This document shows, piece after piece, positions 29,697-39,632 of a DNA stretch of 64,000 nt. This DNA comes from Alphaproteobacteria bacterium (GTDB lineage Bacteria; Pseudomonadota; Alphaproteobacteria; GCA-2731375), in assembly GCA_965232515.1 (NCBI GenBank), contig CBDDPY010000002.1:3264001-3328000 (forward strand). Reading direction: 5' to 3'. Made by a program: the position numbers and the translations under genes. The notes below the pieces were generated by a model. That model saw only the letters and a list, made by a program, of their open reading frames with translations. It ran no database searches and had not been told where the DNA came from. Every line of letters begins with the position of its first letter. Position 1 is the stretch's first letter.

Positions 29697-31037
29697 TCAG
29701 CCGTCCTGCTCGATGCCTTCCGGGTCGCCGACAACCACGATCAGCAGGTTGTCGGGCGTCAACAGCCGCTCGGCGACCCGCTTGATGTCGTCGAGCGTGA
29801 CCGCGTTGATATAGTCCGGCCGCCGGTCGATATAGTCGATGCCGAGATTCTGGCGCTGAATGGCGACCAGAAGCCGCGCGATGCCGGCGCCGCTGGTCAA
29901 GCGCAGCGGAAACGAGCCGTTGAGGTAGGTCTTGGCGTCGGCCAGTTCTTCGGCCGTGATGCCCTCGTCCCTCAGCCGCCGCAGCTCAGAGCGGAAGATA
30001 TCCAGCGACTCGCCGACGCGCGCGTTCTGGGTGCCGACGCCGCCGGCATAGATGCCGGTATGCTGCAGCGGCAGCAGATAGCTGTAGACGGAATAGGCGA
30101 GACCCCGCTTCTCGCGCACCTCGTCGTTGAGGCGCGAGCCCAGGCCGCCGCCGCCAAGCACATAATTCATGACGAAAGCCGCATACCAATCGGGATCGTC
30201 GCGCTTGATGCCGCGCATGCCGAGGAAGACGACGCTTTGCGGGATGTCCTTGCGCACGACCGTCAGACGGTCGTCTTCCGGCGGCGCCACGTCTGGCACA
30301 TCGACGGGCGTGGCTGTGGCCGGCAGACCGCCGAAGGCGTGATCGAGCAACGGACCGAGCGCCGCCGGCGTGATGTCGCCGACAACGCCGACAATCAGAT
30401 TGTCGCGCGCGAAACGCTGCGCCACGAACTGCCTGAGGTCGTCCGTTGTGATCGCCTTGACGCTGTCGATGGTGCCGTCGGCCGGGCGACCGTAGACATG
30501 GTCGGGGAACGCCGTCTCGAACCAGGTCCGGCTGGCGATGCTGCCCGGATCTTCCAGCTCGCGCGTGAGACCGACGATGATCTGCTGGCGGATGCGCTCG
30601 ACCGGAACGGAATCGAAACGCGGTTCGTTGATGGCGAGCCGCAGCATCTCGAAGGCCGCGTCGCGGTTGCGGCTCAGGGTCTTGAAACTGCCGCCGAACC
30701 GGTCGCGGCCGGAATCGAAGCGCAACCGGACGGCGAGGTCTTCCAGCCGGGTCTGATAGGCCAGGCTGTCGAGCTCGCCGGCGCCCTCGTCGAGCAGGCC
30801 CGAGACCATGTTGGCGAGCCCTTCCTTGCCGGCCGGATCGAGCGCGGCGCCGCCGGTGAAGATGAACTCGACCGAAATCACCGGCACCGAGGGCTCCTGA
30901 ACGAGCCAGGCCTTGATGCCGCCGGGGCTGACGACCTCGGTGATCTCGGTCGGCGCGGCGACCACTGTCGAACTCAGGCCGATCGACAGGAATGCCGCGG
31001 CGGCTGACGCCGTCAGGCGGGCATGACGGAAATACAT
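29697..31037 (-). CDS. M16 family peptidase, non-catalytic subunit
   Basis: Insulinase-like fold without HXXEH; SRLNDEVREKRGLAYSV motif; paired with the upstream M16 gene. Confidence 0.9.
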   Translation of the reverse strand: MYFRHARLTASAAAAFLSIGLSSTVVAAPTEITEVVSPGGIKAWLVQEPSVPVISVEFIFTGGAALDPAGKEGLANMVSGLLDEGAGELDSLAYQTRLEDLAVRLRFDSGRDRFGGSFKTLSRNRDAAFEMLRLAINEPRFDSVPVERIRQQIIVGLTRELEDPGSIASRTWFETAFPDHVYGRPADGTIDSVKAITTDDLRQFVAQRFARDNLIVGVVGDITPAALGPLLDHAFGGLPATATPVDVPDVAPPEDDRLTVVRKDIPQSVVFLGMRGIKRDDPDWYAAFVMNYVLGGGGLGSRLNDEVREKRGLAYSVYSYLLPLQHTGIYAGGVGTQNARVGESLDIFRSELRRLRDEGITAEELADAKTYLNGSFPLRLTSGAGIARLLVAIQRQNLGIDYIDRRPDYINAVTLDDIKRVAERLLTPDNLLIVVVGDPEGIEQDG

Positions 31038-31049
31038 CGGGCCGATCTC

Positions 31050-32393
31050 CTAACCTGTCGGCTTGGGCAAAAGAATGCTGGTCACCGATCGACGGATATC
31101 CAGAACGTAAGCGGCGGCGGCCGTGACGTCTTCGATGGTCACCGCCTCAACCTGATCGGGCCAGGACTCGACCTGTTCGACGGTCAGGCCGGAGGTCAGC
31201 GCCGCGCCGAAGATCCGTGGCCCGGAGCGGAGATTGTCGCGCGCGTAGATCGCGGCCGCGAGCAGGATGTTCTTGGCACGTTCCAGTTCGGCCCTGGTGA
31301 TCGGCGTCGTCAGCGCCTTTTCCAGCGTCTTGTCCATTGCGGCTTCCACGGCCCCGACATCGCCGCCGGGGACCGGCGTGGCGTAGAGGTAGAAGGTCGT
31401 CGCATCGAGGCTGACGCCGCGATAGAAGGCGCCGGCCGAGCTCGCCAGCTTCTGCTCGACCACGAGATCGCGGTAGAGCCGGCTGGTGGTGCCGCCGCCC
31501 AGGATCTCGGCGAAGACCTGCAGCGGCACGGCGTGCTGGCTGTTGGTCGACGCCCGGCTGGGGGCCAGATAGGTCCGGCGCAGCGACGGCTGACGCACGC
31601 GCGGATCTTCCATGGTGACGCGCCGGGCCGCCAGCTGCGGCGGCTCCTGCGGCCGGTGACGCAACGCCACCTCGCGTGCCGGGATCGCGCCATAGTGCTT
31701 TTCGGCCAGGCTGCGCACCTGACCGGGCGTGACGTCGCCGGCGACGATCAGGATGGCGTTGTTGGGCGCATAGTGCTTTTCATAGAAGTCGAGCGCATCC
31801 TCACGGCTCAAGAGCTTCATTTCATGCTCCCAGCCGATGATCGGGATGCCGTAGGGGTGCGACTTGTACTGGGTCGCGCGGGCCGCTTCCGACAGCTGCG
31901 CGCCGGGATCGTTGTCGGTGCGCGACCGCCGCTCCTCCAGGATCACCAGCCGCTCGGTCTGCACGTCTTCTTCGGCCAGCCGCAGGTTCACCATGCGGTC
32001 GGCCTCGAGCGCCATCACCGTCTCGAGCTGGTCGGCGGCGACGTTCTGGAAGTAGCCGGTATAGTCCTGAGCCGTAAAGGCGTTGTCCTGGCCGCCGATG
32101 CGCGCCACCTGCTTGGAGAATTCGCCCGGCGCGATCTTCTCCGTGCCCTTGAACATCAAGTGTTCGAGGAAATGCGCGATGCCCGACTTGCCCGGCGGCT
32201 CGTCGGCGGCGCCCACCTTGTACCAGACCATATGGCTGACGACGGGCGCGCGATGGTCCTCGATGACCACGACCTGTAGGCCGTTATCGAGCTCGAACAC
32301 ACGCGGATTGAACAGATCGGCCTGGGCGGCCGGAACAGTGGCGGACAGCAACAGCGCGGCGCCGCCCAACAGACGGGGCAATCGTCGGATCAC
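31050..32393 (-). CDS. M16 family zinc peptidase, catalytic subunit
   Basis: SGIAHFLEHLMFKGT (HXXEH), NAFT and ILEERR motifs; GTG start chosen by RBS. Confidence 0.93.
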   Translation of the reverse strand: MIRRLPRLLGGAALLLSATVPAAQADLFNPRVFELDNGLQVVVIEDHRAPVVSHMVWYKVGAADEPPGKSGIAHFLEHLMFKGTEKIAPGEFSKQVARIGGQDNAFTAQDYTGYFQNVAADQLETVMALEADRMVNLRLAEEDVQTERLVILEERRSRTDNDPGAQLSEAARATQYKSHPYGIPIIGWEHEMKLLSREDALDFYEKHYAPNNAILIVAGDVTPGQVRSLAEKHYGAIPAREVALRHRPQEPPQLAARRVTMEDPRVRQPSLRRTYLAPSRASTNSQHAVPLQVFAEILGGGTTSRLYRDLVVEQKLASSAGAFYRGVSLDATTFYLYATPVPGGDVGAVEAAMDKTLEKALTTPITRAELERAKNILLAAAIYARDNLRSGPRIFGAALTSGLTVEQVESWPDQVEAVTIEDVTAAAAYVLDIRRSVTSILLPKPTG

Positions 32394-32507
32394 CGAAAGC
32401 GCTCCCTTCGGGATGTGGTGCTCCGGTGAATATGCGCCGATTACGCCACGGTGCAAGCCGTCATTCGGTCAAGGGCGCGTGATCACCGTTGGCGCGAGCA
32501 ACCGGTC

Positions 32508-33155
32508 CTAGAAGATGCCTTCCAGAAACCCGCGACGGCGGCGCTTGATGATCGGAGTTTCCCCGGCCGTCACCGGCTCGCCGATAGCGGCGTTTTCCCG
32601 CAGACGCTGGGCTTCCTTCTGGGCGTCGATCAGCGTGCCTTGCGGCGGCGTTTCCTGCCAGAAGATCAGCCGGTCGGTGAAAGAGCGGTCCTTGTCGGCG
32701 AGCGCCGACGTCTCGCGGTCGACCACGGCGCGAATCCCGCCGTCGGCGCCTTGGGCATTGGCCTGGCGCAGCAGGGCCGCCTCGCCGACGGTCTGGCTCG
32801 CCGGCAGATTCGGCGCGTTCAGGCGCGCGGTTGGGGCAGGCGCCGGCGCCAGGGTCGGCTGCCGATCGGCCACGCGATTGGGCGGCGTGCCGAGCAGCGC
32901 TGACCTGGCGGCCTGCTCAGGCTGTTGCTCCTGCGGACGCGGCGCGCCGGGCGCGGGCGGACGTAGCGAGAAGTCCGGCGGCAGCACCAGCGGCGCCTTC
33001 TTGACCACGGTGAACTCGTCCGGCGCTTTCTTGTTGAAGCCGAGCTGGTCGCGAATACCTTCGCAGGCGGCCAACACCAGTATCAGACTGCAAGCCAGGC
33101 TCAGCCTGGCGATCGCATGTCCGCGCGTACGCACGTTGCTAATCCTCCCGAACAA
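32508..33155 (-). CDS. DUF3035 family lipoprotein
   Basis: Lipobox LAAC; K.APDEF.V...APL.LPPDF.LRPP.PG motif; conserved position after lspA. Confidence 0.85.
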   Translation of the reverse strand: MFGRISNVRTRGHAIARLSLACSLILVLAACEGIRDQLGFNKKAPDEFTVVKKAPLVLPPDFSLRPPAPGAPRPQEQQPEQAARSALLGTPPNRVADRQPTLAPAPAPTARLNAPNLPASQTVGEAALLRQANAQGADGGIRAVVDRETSALADKDRSFTDRLIFWQETPPQGTLIDAQKEAQRLRENAAIGEPVTAGETPIIKRRRRGFLEGIF

Positions 33156-33169
33156 GGGATTGGCGACCC

Positions 33170-33643
33170 TTATTTATGCGCATCGTCTTTTGTAAACAAG
33201 GAATCGAGTAACATAATTGCAACACCGACGACAATGGCGGAATCGGCGACGTTGAAGGCCGGCCAGTGATATCCGGCAACGTGAAAATCGAAGAAGTCCG
33301 CCACCGCACCATAGACCAGCCGATCGACGATGTTGCCGACGGCACCGCCGATCACCGCGCCGAGCGCGCAGGCCAGCAACCGCGACTGCACGCGCCAGAG
33401 CCAGACCAGCAGGCCGATGGCGATGGCCGCCGTCAGGCCGATCAAGATCCAGCGGCCGGTATCGCCGGCCTGGAACATGCCAAAGCTGATGCCGCGGTTC
33501 CAGACCATGACCAGGTTGAAGAACGGCGTCACCTCGATATAGCCGCCCGCCGCCTGGACGTGATCGATCAATTTGATCTTCACGAACTGATCGAGATTGA
33601 AGATCACGATGGCCACGGCCAGGCCAAGCAGGAAGATACGCAA
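33170..33643 (-). CDS. lspA: Signal peptidase II
   Basis: DQFVK, VWNRGISFG, GAVGNIVDR, GAVADF and FNVAD motifs; TTG start inferred from a GAGGA RBS. Confidence 0.95.
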   Translation of the reverse strand: MRIFLLGLAVAIVIFNLDQFVKIKLIDHVQAAGGYIEVTPFFNLVMVWNRGISFGMFQAGDTGRWILIGLTAAIAIGLLVWLWRVQSRLLACALGAVIGGAVGNIVDRLVYGAVADFFDFHVAGYHWPAFNVADSAIVVGVAIMLLDSLFTKDDAHK

Positions 33644-33653
33644 CGGCAAGTCC

Positions 33654-36458
33654 TCAGCCGGCGGCCGCCTCGACCGCGTCGACGCAGCGACGGCAGAGAT
33701 CGGGATGTTTGGCGTCCGCGCCGACTTCCGGCAGGACCTGCCAGCAGCGCTCGCAGCGCTTGCCATCGGCCAGATTCACGACCACGCCCACATCGGCGAC
33801 ACCTTCGAGGCGAAACGCGTCGGCCGGCGGCGGGCCCGCCTGCAACGTCGCGCCCGACGTGATCGCGACCTCGGACCAGTCGACATCGGTCAGCGCCGCC
33901 ACCGTGTCGGCCGGCGCGTAGACGACCGGGTGCGCCTGCAGGCTGGCGCCGATGCGCTTCTCGCGCCGCTCGACCTCCAGCGCGCCCGTCACCACCCGGC
34001 GCAGATCGCGGACCTGGTTCCACTTCGCCGCGAGCGCGTCGTCGCGCCAGTCCGCCGGCACGTCGGGGAACAGCCGCAGATGCACGCTGGAATCGTCGCC
34101 CGGGAAGCGCTGCAGCCAGGCCTCCTCGGCGGTGAAACACAGGATCGGGGCGAGCCAGGCCGTCAGGCACGAGAACAACTGGTCCAGCACCGTCCGCGCC
34201 GCGCGCCGCCGCGTCGACATGGCCGCGTCGCAATAGAGCGCGTCCTTGCGGATGTCGAAATAGACCGCGGACAGATCGACGGTGCAGAAGTTGTAGAGCT
34301 GCACGAACAGCCGGTGGAAGTCGTAGCTTTCGCAGCATTCGCGCACGAGCGCGTCGAGCTCGGCCAGTCGGTGCAGCACCCAGCGCTCGAGCTCCGGCAT
34401 GTCGGCGACCGGCAGGCGCTCGCGTTCGTCGAAGCCGGCGAGGTTGCCGAGCAGGAAGCGCAGCGTGTTGCGCAGCCGGCGGTAGGAATCGACCTGGCTT
34501 TTCAGGATCTCAGGGCCGATGCGCAGATCCTCGGTGAAGTCCGAGCCGACCAGCCATTGCCGCAGGATATCGGCGCCGTATTTGTCGACCACCTCTTGCG
34601 GCGCCGTGGTGTTGCCGAGCGACTTCGACATCTTACGGCCCTCGCCGTCCATGACGAAGCCGTGCGTCAGCACCGCGTCGTATGGGGCGCGGCCGCGCGT
34701 ACCGCAGGCCTCCAGCAGCGAGGAATGGAACCAGCCGCGATGCTGATCCGAGCCTTCGAGATAGAGCGAGGCCGGCCATTCCAGATCGTCCCGTGTTTCC
34801 AGCACGTAGGAATGCGTCGAGCCGGAATCGAACCAGACGTCGAGAATATCGTCGACCTTCTCGTAGTCGTCGGCCGGATAGTCGTTGCCGAGAAACCGCG
34901 CGGCGTCGCTGTCGAACCAGGCATCGCAGCCCTCGGCCTCGACGGCGTCCGTGATCCGCTTGTTGACGGCCTTGTCGCGCAACGGCTCGCCGGTTTGCTT
35001 ATTGACGAACACCGTGATCGGCACGCCCCAGGCGCGCTGGCGGGAGACCAGCCAATCCGGCCGGTTCGCCACCATGTCGTAGAGCCGGCGCTGGCCGCTC
35101 TTCGGATAGAAGGCGGTGTCCTCGATGGACTTGAGCGCCGTATCGCGCAGGCCCGTCGTGCGCATCGAGATGAACCATTGCGGCGCATTGCGGAAGATCA
35201 GCGGCGCCTTCGAGCGCCAGGAATGCGGATACGAGTGGCGCAGCTTGCCCTTCGCCAGCAGGGCGTCGGCCTCGATCAGGGCCTTGATCACCGGGCCGTC
35301 GACCTTGAACACGTGCTGGCCGCCGAACATCGGCACATGGTCGAAATAGGTGCCGTCGGCATCCACCGTCTGCGGCACCTCGATGCCGTTGGCGACGCCC
35401 AGCTCGAAGTCGTCGGCGCCGTGGCCGGGCGCGATATGCACGAAGCCGGTGCCCTGCTCGGCATCGACGAAATCGCCCGACAGCAGCGGCACGTCGTAGT
35501 CGTAGCCCTTGCCGCGCCAGGGATGCCGGCAGACGGTGCCGGCGAGGTTCGACACGTCGGCGACGTGGCGCAGCTCGTCGATCTTGGCCGCCGCCCGCAC
35601 CTCCTCGGCCAGGTCCTTGGCCAACAGCAGGCGCTCGCCTGATTTGGCGAGACTGCCCTCGCCAACGGTGCCGACCTCATAGACCGCATAGGCGACATCG
35701 GGCGAGAAGGCGAGCGCCCGGTTGCCGGGCATGGTCCAGGGCGTCGTCGTCCAGATCATCAGCGAGGCGCCGTCCAGCGCCGGGTCGGCGGCCTTGATCA
35801 CCGGGAACCGGACCCAGATCGTGGTCGAGGTATGGTCGTGGTATTCGATCTCGGCCTCGGCCAGAGAGGTCTTCTCGACCACCGACCACATCACCGCCTT
35901 GGCGCCCTTGTAGAGGCTGCCGTCCATCAGGAACTTCAACAGCTCGCGGACGATCTGCGCCTCGGCGTCGTAGGACATGGTCGTATAGGGCCGCTGCCAG
36001 TCGCCGGCGACGCCCAGACGCTTGAATTCCTCGGCCTGCACGCCGATCCAATGCTCGGCGAAGGTCCGGCATTCGCGCCGGAAATCGACCACCGGCACCT
36101 CGTCCTTGTTCTTGCCCTGCTCGCGGTACTGCTCCTCGATCTTCCATTCGATCGGCAGGCCGTGGCAGTCCCAGCCGGGCACGTAATTGGCGTCCTTGCC
36201 CAGCATCTGCTGCGACCGGTTGACCACGTCCTTCAGGATCTTGTTCATGGCCGTGCCGATATGGATGTTGCCGTTGGCATAGGGCGGGCCGTCATGCAGG
36301 ATGAATTTCTCGCGGCCCTTGGCGTCGGCGCGCAGGCGGGCCCAGAGGTCCATCTGCTCCCAGCGGGCCAGGAAGTCCGGCTCGCGCTTGGGCAGGCCGG
36401 CCCGCATCGGAAAGTCGGTCTGCGGCAGAAATAGCGTGGATTTATAGTCGGTGGTCAT
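33654..36458 (-). CDS. ileS: Isoleucine--tRNA ligase
   Basis: HDGPPYANG-HIGT (HIGH-like), GWDCHGLP, WTTTPWT, KMSKS and C-terminal CERC..C..C zinc motifs. Confidence 0.98.
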   Translation of the reverse strand: MTTDYKSTLFLPQTDFPMRAGLPKREPDFLARWEQMDLWARLRADAKGREKFILHDGPPYANGNIHIGTAMNKILKDVVNRSQQMLGKDANYVPGWDCHGLPIEWKIEEQYREQGKNKDEVPVVDFRRECRTFAEHWIGVQAEEFKRLGVAGDWQRPYTTMSYDAEAQIVRELLKFLMDGSLYKGAKAVMWSVVEKTSLAEAEIEYHDHTSTTIWVRFPVIKAADPALDGASLMIWTTTPWTMPGNRALAFSPDVAYAVYEVGTVGEGSLAKSGERLLLAKDLAEEVRAAAKIDELRHVADVSNLAGTVCRHPWRGKGYDYDVPLLSGDFVDAEQGTGFVHIAPGHGADDFELGVANGIEVPQTVDADGTYFDHVPMFGGQHVFKVDGPVIKALIEADALLAKGKLRHSYPHSWRSKAPLIFRNAPQWFISMRTTGLRDTALKSIEDTAFYPKSGQRRLYDMVANRPDWLVSRQRAWGVPITVFVNKQTGEPLRDKAVNKRITDAVEAEGCDAWFDSDAARFLGNDYPADDYEKVDDILDVWFDSGSTHSYVLETRDDLEWPASLYLEGSDQHRGWFHSSLLEACGTRGRAPYDAVLTHGFVMDGEGRKMSKSLGNTTAPQEVVDKYGADILRQWLVGSDFTEDLRIGPEILKSQVDSYRRLRNTLRFLLGNLAGFDERERLPVADMPELERWVLHRLAELDALVRECCESYDFHRLFVQLYNFCTVDLSAVYFDIRKDALYCDAAMSTRRRAARTVLDQLFSCLTAWLAPILCFTAEEAWLQRFPGDDSSVHLRLFPDVPADWRDDALAAKWNQVRDLRRVVTGALEVERREKRIGASLQAHPVVYAPADTVAALTDVDWSEVAITSGATLQAGPPPADAFRLEGVADVGVVVNLADGKRCERCWQVLPEVGADAKHPDLCRRCVDAVEAAAG

Positions 36459-36557
36459 GATCGACGCGCCTTACGTGAACGTCGCCGGTGGCGATCCAAG
36501 GAAAACGAATATGGCTGCTGGAGGTCGGGCCCCGCGCACGACCAAGCGTCCCGGCCC

Positions 36558-36623
36558 TCAGACGAAGGCCGGGCCGATAATTCGGCCGGAATCGGACCCT
36601 ATTCGCACGATGCACTGGCGCAT
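36558..36623 (-). promoter_or_regulatory. Putative ileS leader peptide (uORF MRQCIVRIGSDSGRIIGPAFV) with overlapping hairpin
   Basis: Four Ile codons (ATC, ATA, ATT-ATC); the stop lies in a 10-bp stem CCCGGCCUUC-GUCU-GAGGGCCGGG (36550-36573). Confidence 0.6.
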
Positions 36624-36692
36624 GCGCCGCCTTCTATCAGCCCCGACCGGACCTGTCCACAGGGCCTGCGCGAATCGCCGTTTCCGCCGCCC

Positions 36693-37271
36693 GTGACGAC
36701 GCTAGACGACAGGCTCGCCGACATCATCCGTCAGGAGAACTGGCTGTGGGAGATCCTGACGTGGCTCGCGGATCGGAACCCGCCGGACTGGCATGTCGGC
36801 GCCGGCTGCATAACGCAATGCGTCTGGAATCGCTTGAGCGGCCGACCGAGCCGCGCCGGGATCAGCGATATCGACGTGGTCTTCTTCGATCCCGACGACC
36901 TGAGCGAGGAACCCGAAAACGCGCTCGAAGCCGCCCTGACCGACGCTTTCGGCGATCTGGAAATGGCCTTCGACGTGAAGAACCAGGCGCGGGTGCACCT
37001 CTGGTACGCCCGGCGCTTCGGCTACGCCATCCCGCCCTACCCGTCGGTCCACGCCGCTATCGACACCTGGCCGACGACCGCGACCGCCGTTGCCGTCAAG
37101 CTGCGCGACGGCAAACCGGAGATCTATGCGCCCTTCGGTCTCGAGGACCTGTTCGCGATGACCGCACGTCCCAACAAGCGCCAGATCACGCCCGAGATCA
37201 ATGAAAAGAAGGTCAGGCGCTGGCGCCGACACTGGCCGGATCTGACGATCATTCCGTGGGAAACGGACTGA
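36693..37271 (+). CDS. Nucleotidyltransferase family protein (DUF925-like)
   Basis: GAGC..Q.VWN, DIDVVFFD, VKNQARVHLW and APFGLEDL motifs. Confidence 0.85.
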   Translation: MTTLDDRLADIIRQENWLWEILTWLADRNPPDWHVGAGCITQCVWNRLSGRPSRAGISDIDVVFFDPDDLSEEPENALEAALTDAFGDLEMAFDVKNQARVHLWYARRFGYAIPPYPSVHAAIDTWPTTATAVAVKLRDGKPEIYAPFGLEDLFAMTARPNKRQITPEINEKKVRRWRRHWPDLTIIPWETD

Positions 37272-37280
37272 GTTCAGCCC

Positions 37281-37862
37281 CTAAAGCGTGAAATCGCTGG
37301 CCGTCAGCAGTGGCACCAGCTTGAGGCCTTCCTTGGCGACGTTCGCTTCGGCGCCTTCCTCGCGGTCGACGATGGTCAGCATGGTGTCGACGACGACGCC
37401 CTCGTCGCGCAGCGCCTTCACCGCCTTCATGGACGAGCCGCCGGTGGTGGTGACGTCCTCGACGATGACGGCGCGCAGGCCGGTGAGATCGCTGTCGCCG
37501 AGACCCTCGACCAAGCGCCTGGTGCCGTGGTCCTTCGGCTGCTTGCGGACGAAGAAACCGCGCACGGGCTTGTCCGGGAAGCTCTTCTGGCAGACGGCGG
37601 CGGCGATCGGTACGGCGCCCATCTCGAGGCCGCCAACCAGGTCGACGGGCGCATCGCCGATCGCTTCCAGCATCAGCTCGGCGATCAGGTTGAGCGCCTC
37701 GGGATCGAAGATCGTCGGCTTCATGTCGAAATAGTGTTTGCTGGTGGCGCCGGACACGAGCTTCATCTCGCGGTCGCGGATCAGCGACTTGGCCGTGACG
37801 ATTTCGATCAGGCGTTCCCGGCGGCCGTTACCGCCCGCATCCGATTTCAAGGCTTCCTGCAT
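37281..37862 (-). CDS. pyrE: Orotate phosphoribosyltransferase
   Basis: L.SG..S..YFD, VRK..KDHG and the PRPP motif VEDVTTTGGS. Confidence 0.92.
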   Translation of the reverse strand: MQEALKSDAGGNGRRERLIEIVTAKSLIRDREMKLVSGATSKHYFDMKPTIFDPEALNLIAELMLEAIGDAPVDLVGGLEMGAVPIAAAVCQKSFPDKPVRGFFVRKQPKDHGTRRLVEGLGDSDLTGLRAVIVEDVTTTGGSSMKAVKALRDEGVVVDTMLTIVDREEGAEANVAKEGLKLVPLLTASDFTL

Positions 37863-37911
37863 CCCTGCCCCCGCGAAATTCTAGAATCGTTCATTCGCCA
37901 CATGCCTAATG

Positions 37912-37980
37912 GGTCATTCTGGCGAAGGCCAGAATCCATTTCGACCGTCCGATTGGATCCTGGCCTTCGCCAGGATGACC
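37912..37980. repeat. Intact REP-like palindrome, same family as the IS30 target
   Basis: GGTCATTCTGGCGAAGGCCAGAATCCA...TGGATCCTGGCCTTCGCCAGGATGACC. Confidence 0.88.
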
Positions 37981-38005
37981 GGTTGTGACAGGCGGCGAGG
38001 CCTGC

Positions 38006-39010
38006 TCAGCTGCCGGCCTCGCGTTGACTGGCGAGGTCGACGGTGGCGGCGAAGCGGCCAACGGTGTTTTCGGGCAGCGCCAGCAGCTCGCGCGCCTGCG
38101 CGCTGTCGGCGGCGATTTGCGTCTTCAAGGCCTCGAGGCCGTCGAACTTCTTTTCGGCGCGCAGATGCTCGACGAAGGCCACGCGCACCTCGCGGCCGTA
38201 AAGATCGCCATCGAAATCGAACAGATGCGCCTCCAGCACGACCGAATCGCCGCCAAAGGTGGGCCGGTAGCCGAGGTTGGCGACGGCCGGGAGCCAGGTG
38301 GTCTTACCGTTGTCGGGCAGGCCGAAATGCACGGCGTAGACGCCGAGCGCCGGCTGCAGGCTGCGCCGGCCGAGAAAGACGTTCGCGGTCGGAAAGCCGA
38401 GCTGGCGGCCGCGCTGATCGCCGCGGCGGACGTGGGACTCGACCTCCCACCAATGGCCGAGCAGCTCGGCCGCCCGCTTCGCCCGGCCGGTCTCAAGGTT
38501 CACGCGGATGATCGTCGATGAGCAGACATCCTCGTCGTGCGTTACCGGCGCCAGCACCGACACCTCGAAGCCGAAATCCTGACCGAGGCGGACCAGCAGG
38601 TCGGCATCGCCGGACCGGCGGTGGCCGAAAACGAAGTCATAACCGACGACGATGCCCTGCACGTCGAGACCGCCAACCAGGACGTCGCGGACGAAGTCCT
38701 CGGCCGGCTTGGTGTAGAGCCGCTCGTTGAAACGCAGCGTGTACATAAGCTCGACGCCAAGCGCGCTCAGCAGCCGCGCCTTGCTGCGGAACGGCGTCAG
38801 ACGAAACGGCGGCGCTTCCGGCGCGAACACGTTGCGCGGATGCGGCTCGAAGGTGAGCACGCCGAGCGGCGCGCCGAGCCGCCGCGCCGTCCGCGCGGTG
38901 GTGGCGATGATCTCGCGATGGCCGCGGTGCACGCCGTCGAAGTTGCCGAGCGCGACCACGCCGCCGCGCTGGTCGGCCGGCAAATCGACAAAGTCGCGCA
39001 CGACGCGCAT
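38006..39010 (-). CDS. ribF: Bifunctional riboflavin kinase/FAD synthetase
   Basis: GNFDGVHRGH, TFEPHP, GRQLGFPTAN, LEAHLFDF and LRAEKKF motifs. Confidence 0.97.
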   Translation of the reverse strand: MRVVRDFVDLPADQRGGVVALGNFDGVHRGHREIIATTARTARRLGAPLGVLTFEPHPRNVFAPEAPPFRLTPFRSKARLLSALGVELMYTLRFNERLYTKPAEDFVRDVLVGGLDVQGIVVGYDFVFGHRRSGDADLLVRLGQDFGFEVSVLAPVTHDEDVCSSTIIRVNLETGRAKRAAELLGHWWEVESHVRRGDQRGRQLGFPTANVFLGRRSLQPALGVYAVHFGLPDNGKTTWLPAVANLGYRPTFGGDSVVLEAHLFDFDGDLYGREVRVAFVEHLRAEKKFDGLEALKTQIAADSAQARELLALPENTVGRFAATVDLASQREAGS

Positions 39011-39080
39011 ATCGCCTCGTTTCGGTTTTTCGCTGCGCCCGCTGGCAGCCCCCGCGATTATGCCGCCGGGCGGGCGGTAA

Positions 39081-39569
39081 TCAAGTCGCGGCGGCTTCGA
39101 AGGATTTGCGCGACGGCACCATTGTCAGCGCATCGCCGCTCACCACGATCTGGTTGCCGACGGTGCATTTGGTGTCGAGCCGGCAGCGCCGCTTGGCCGC
39201 ATCGACCTCGGTCACGATCACCCGCGCGGTCACCGTGTCGCCAGCCTTGACCGGTGCCGTGAAGCGCAGGTTCTGGCTCATATAGATCGCGCCCGGCCCG
39301 GGCAACTTGGTGCCGACGACGGTCGATATCAGGCTGGCGGTCAGCATGCCGTGCGCGATATTGCCGCCGAAGCGGGTCTGCTCGGCGAATTCACGGTTCA
39401 GGTGCAACGGATTGAAGTCACCGGAGATGCCGGCGAACAGCACGATATCGGCCTCGGTCACGGTTCGTGAGTAGAAGGCCGACATGCCCTCCTGGATATC
39501 CTCGATGAAATAGCCGTGCAGCTCGCGATGGAGATCGATCGGCGCCGGCGGGTTGACCTGCGTGTCCAT
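39081..39569 (-). CDS. MaoC family dehydratase ((R)-specific enoyl-CoA hydratase, PhaJ-like)
   Basis: FAGISGDFNPLH, IAHGML and LPGPGAIY..Q.LRF..PV motifs. Confidence 0.9.
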   Translation of the reverse strand: MDTQVNPPAPIDLHRELHGYFIEDIQEGMSAFYSRTVTEADIVLFAGISGDFNPLHLNREFAEQTRFGGNIAHGMLTASLISTVVGTKLPGPGAIYMSQNLRFTAPVKAGDTVTARVIVTEVDAAKRRCRLDTKCTVGNQIVVSGDALTMVPSRKSFEAAAT

Positions 39570-39615
39570 ACTGAACGCACCTTTTTCGGGGATTGCGGGA
39601 AAACGGACGATTCGA

Positions 39616-39632
39616 ATATTGCGCCGCAATAT
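39616..39632. promoter_or_regulatory. Palindrome ATATTGCGCCGCAATAT (TGC-N3-GCA, PhaR-like)
   Basis: Near-perfect 17-bp dyad about 50 bp upstream of the maoC start. Confidence 0.45.

Noticed and set aside
29004-35642. Long plus-strand ORFs (667, 418 and 681 aa)
   Set aside because: Antisense to the ankyrin, M16 and ileS genes; expected stop-free shadows in GC-rich DNA.
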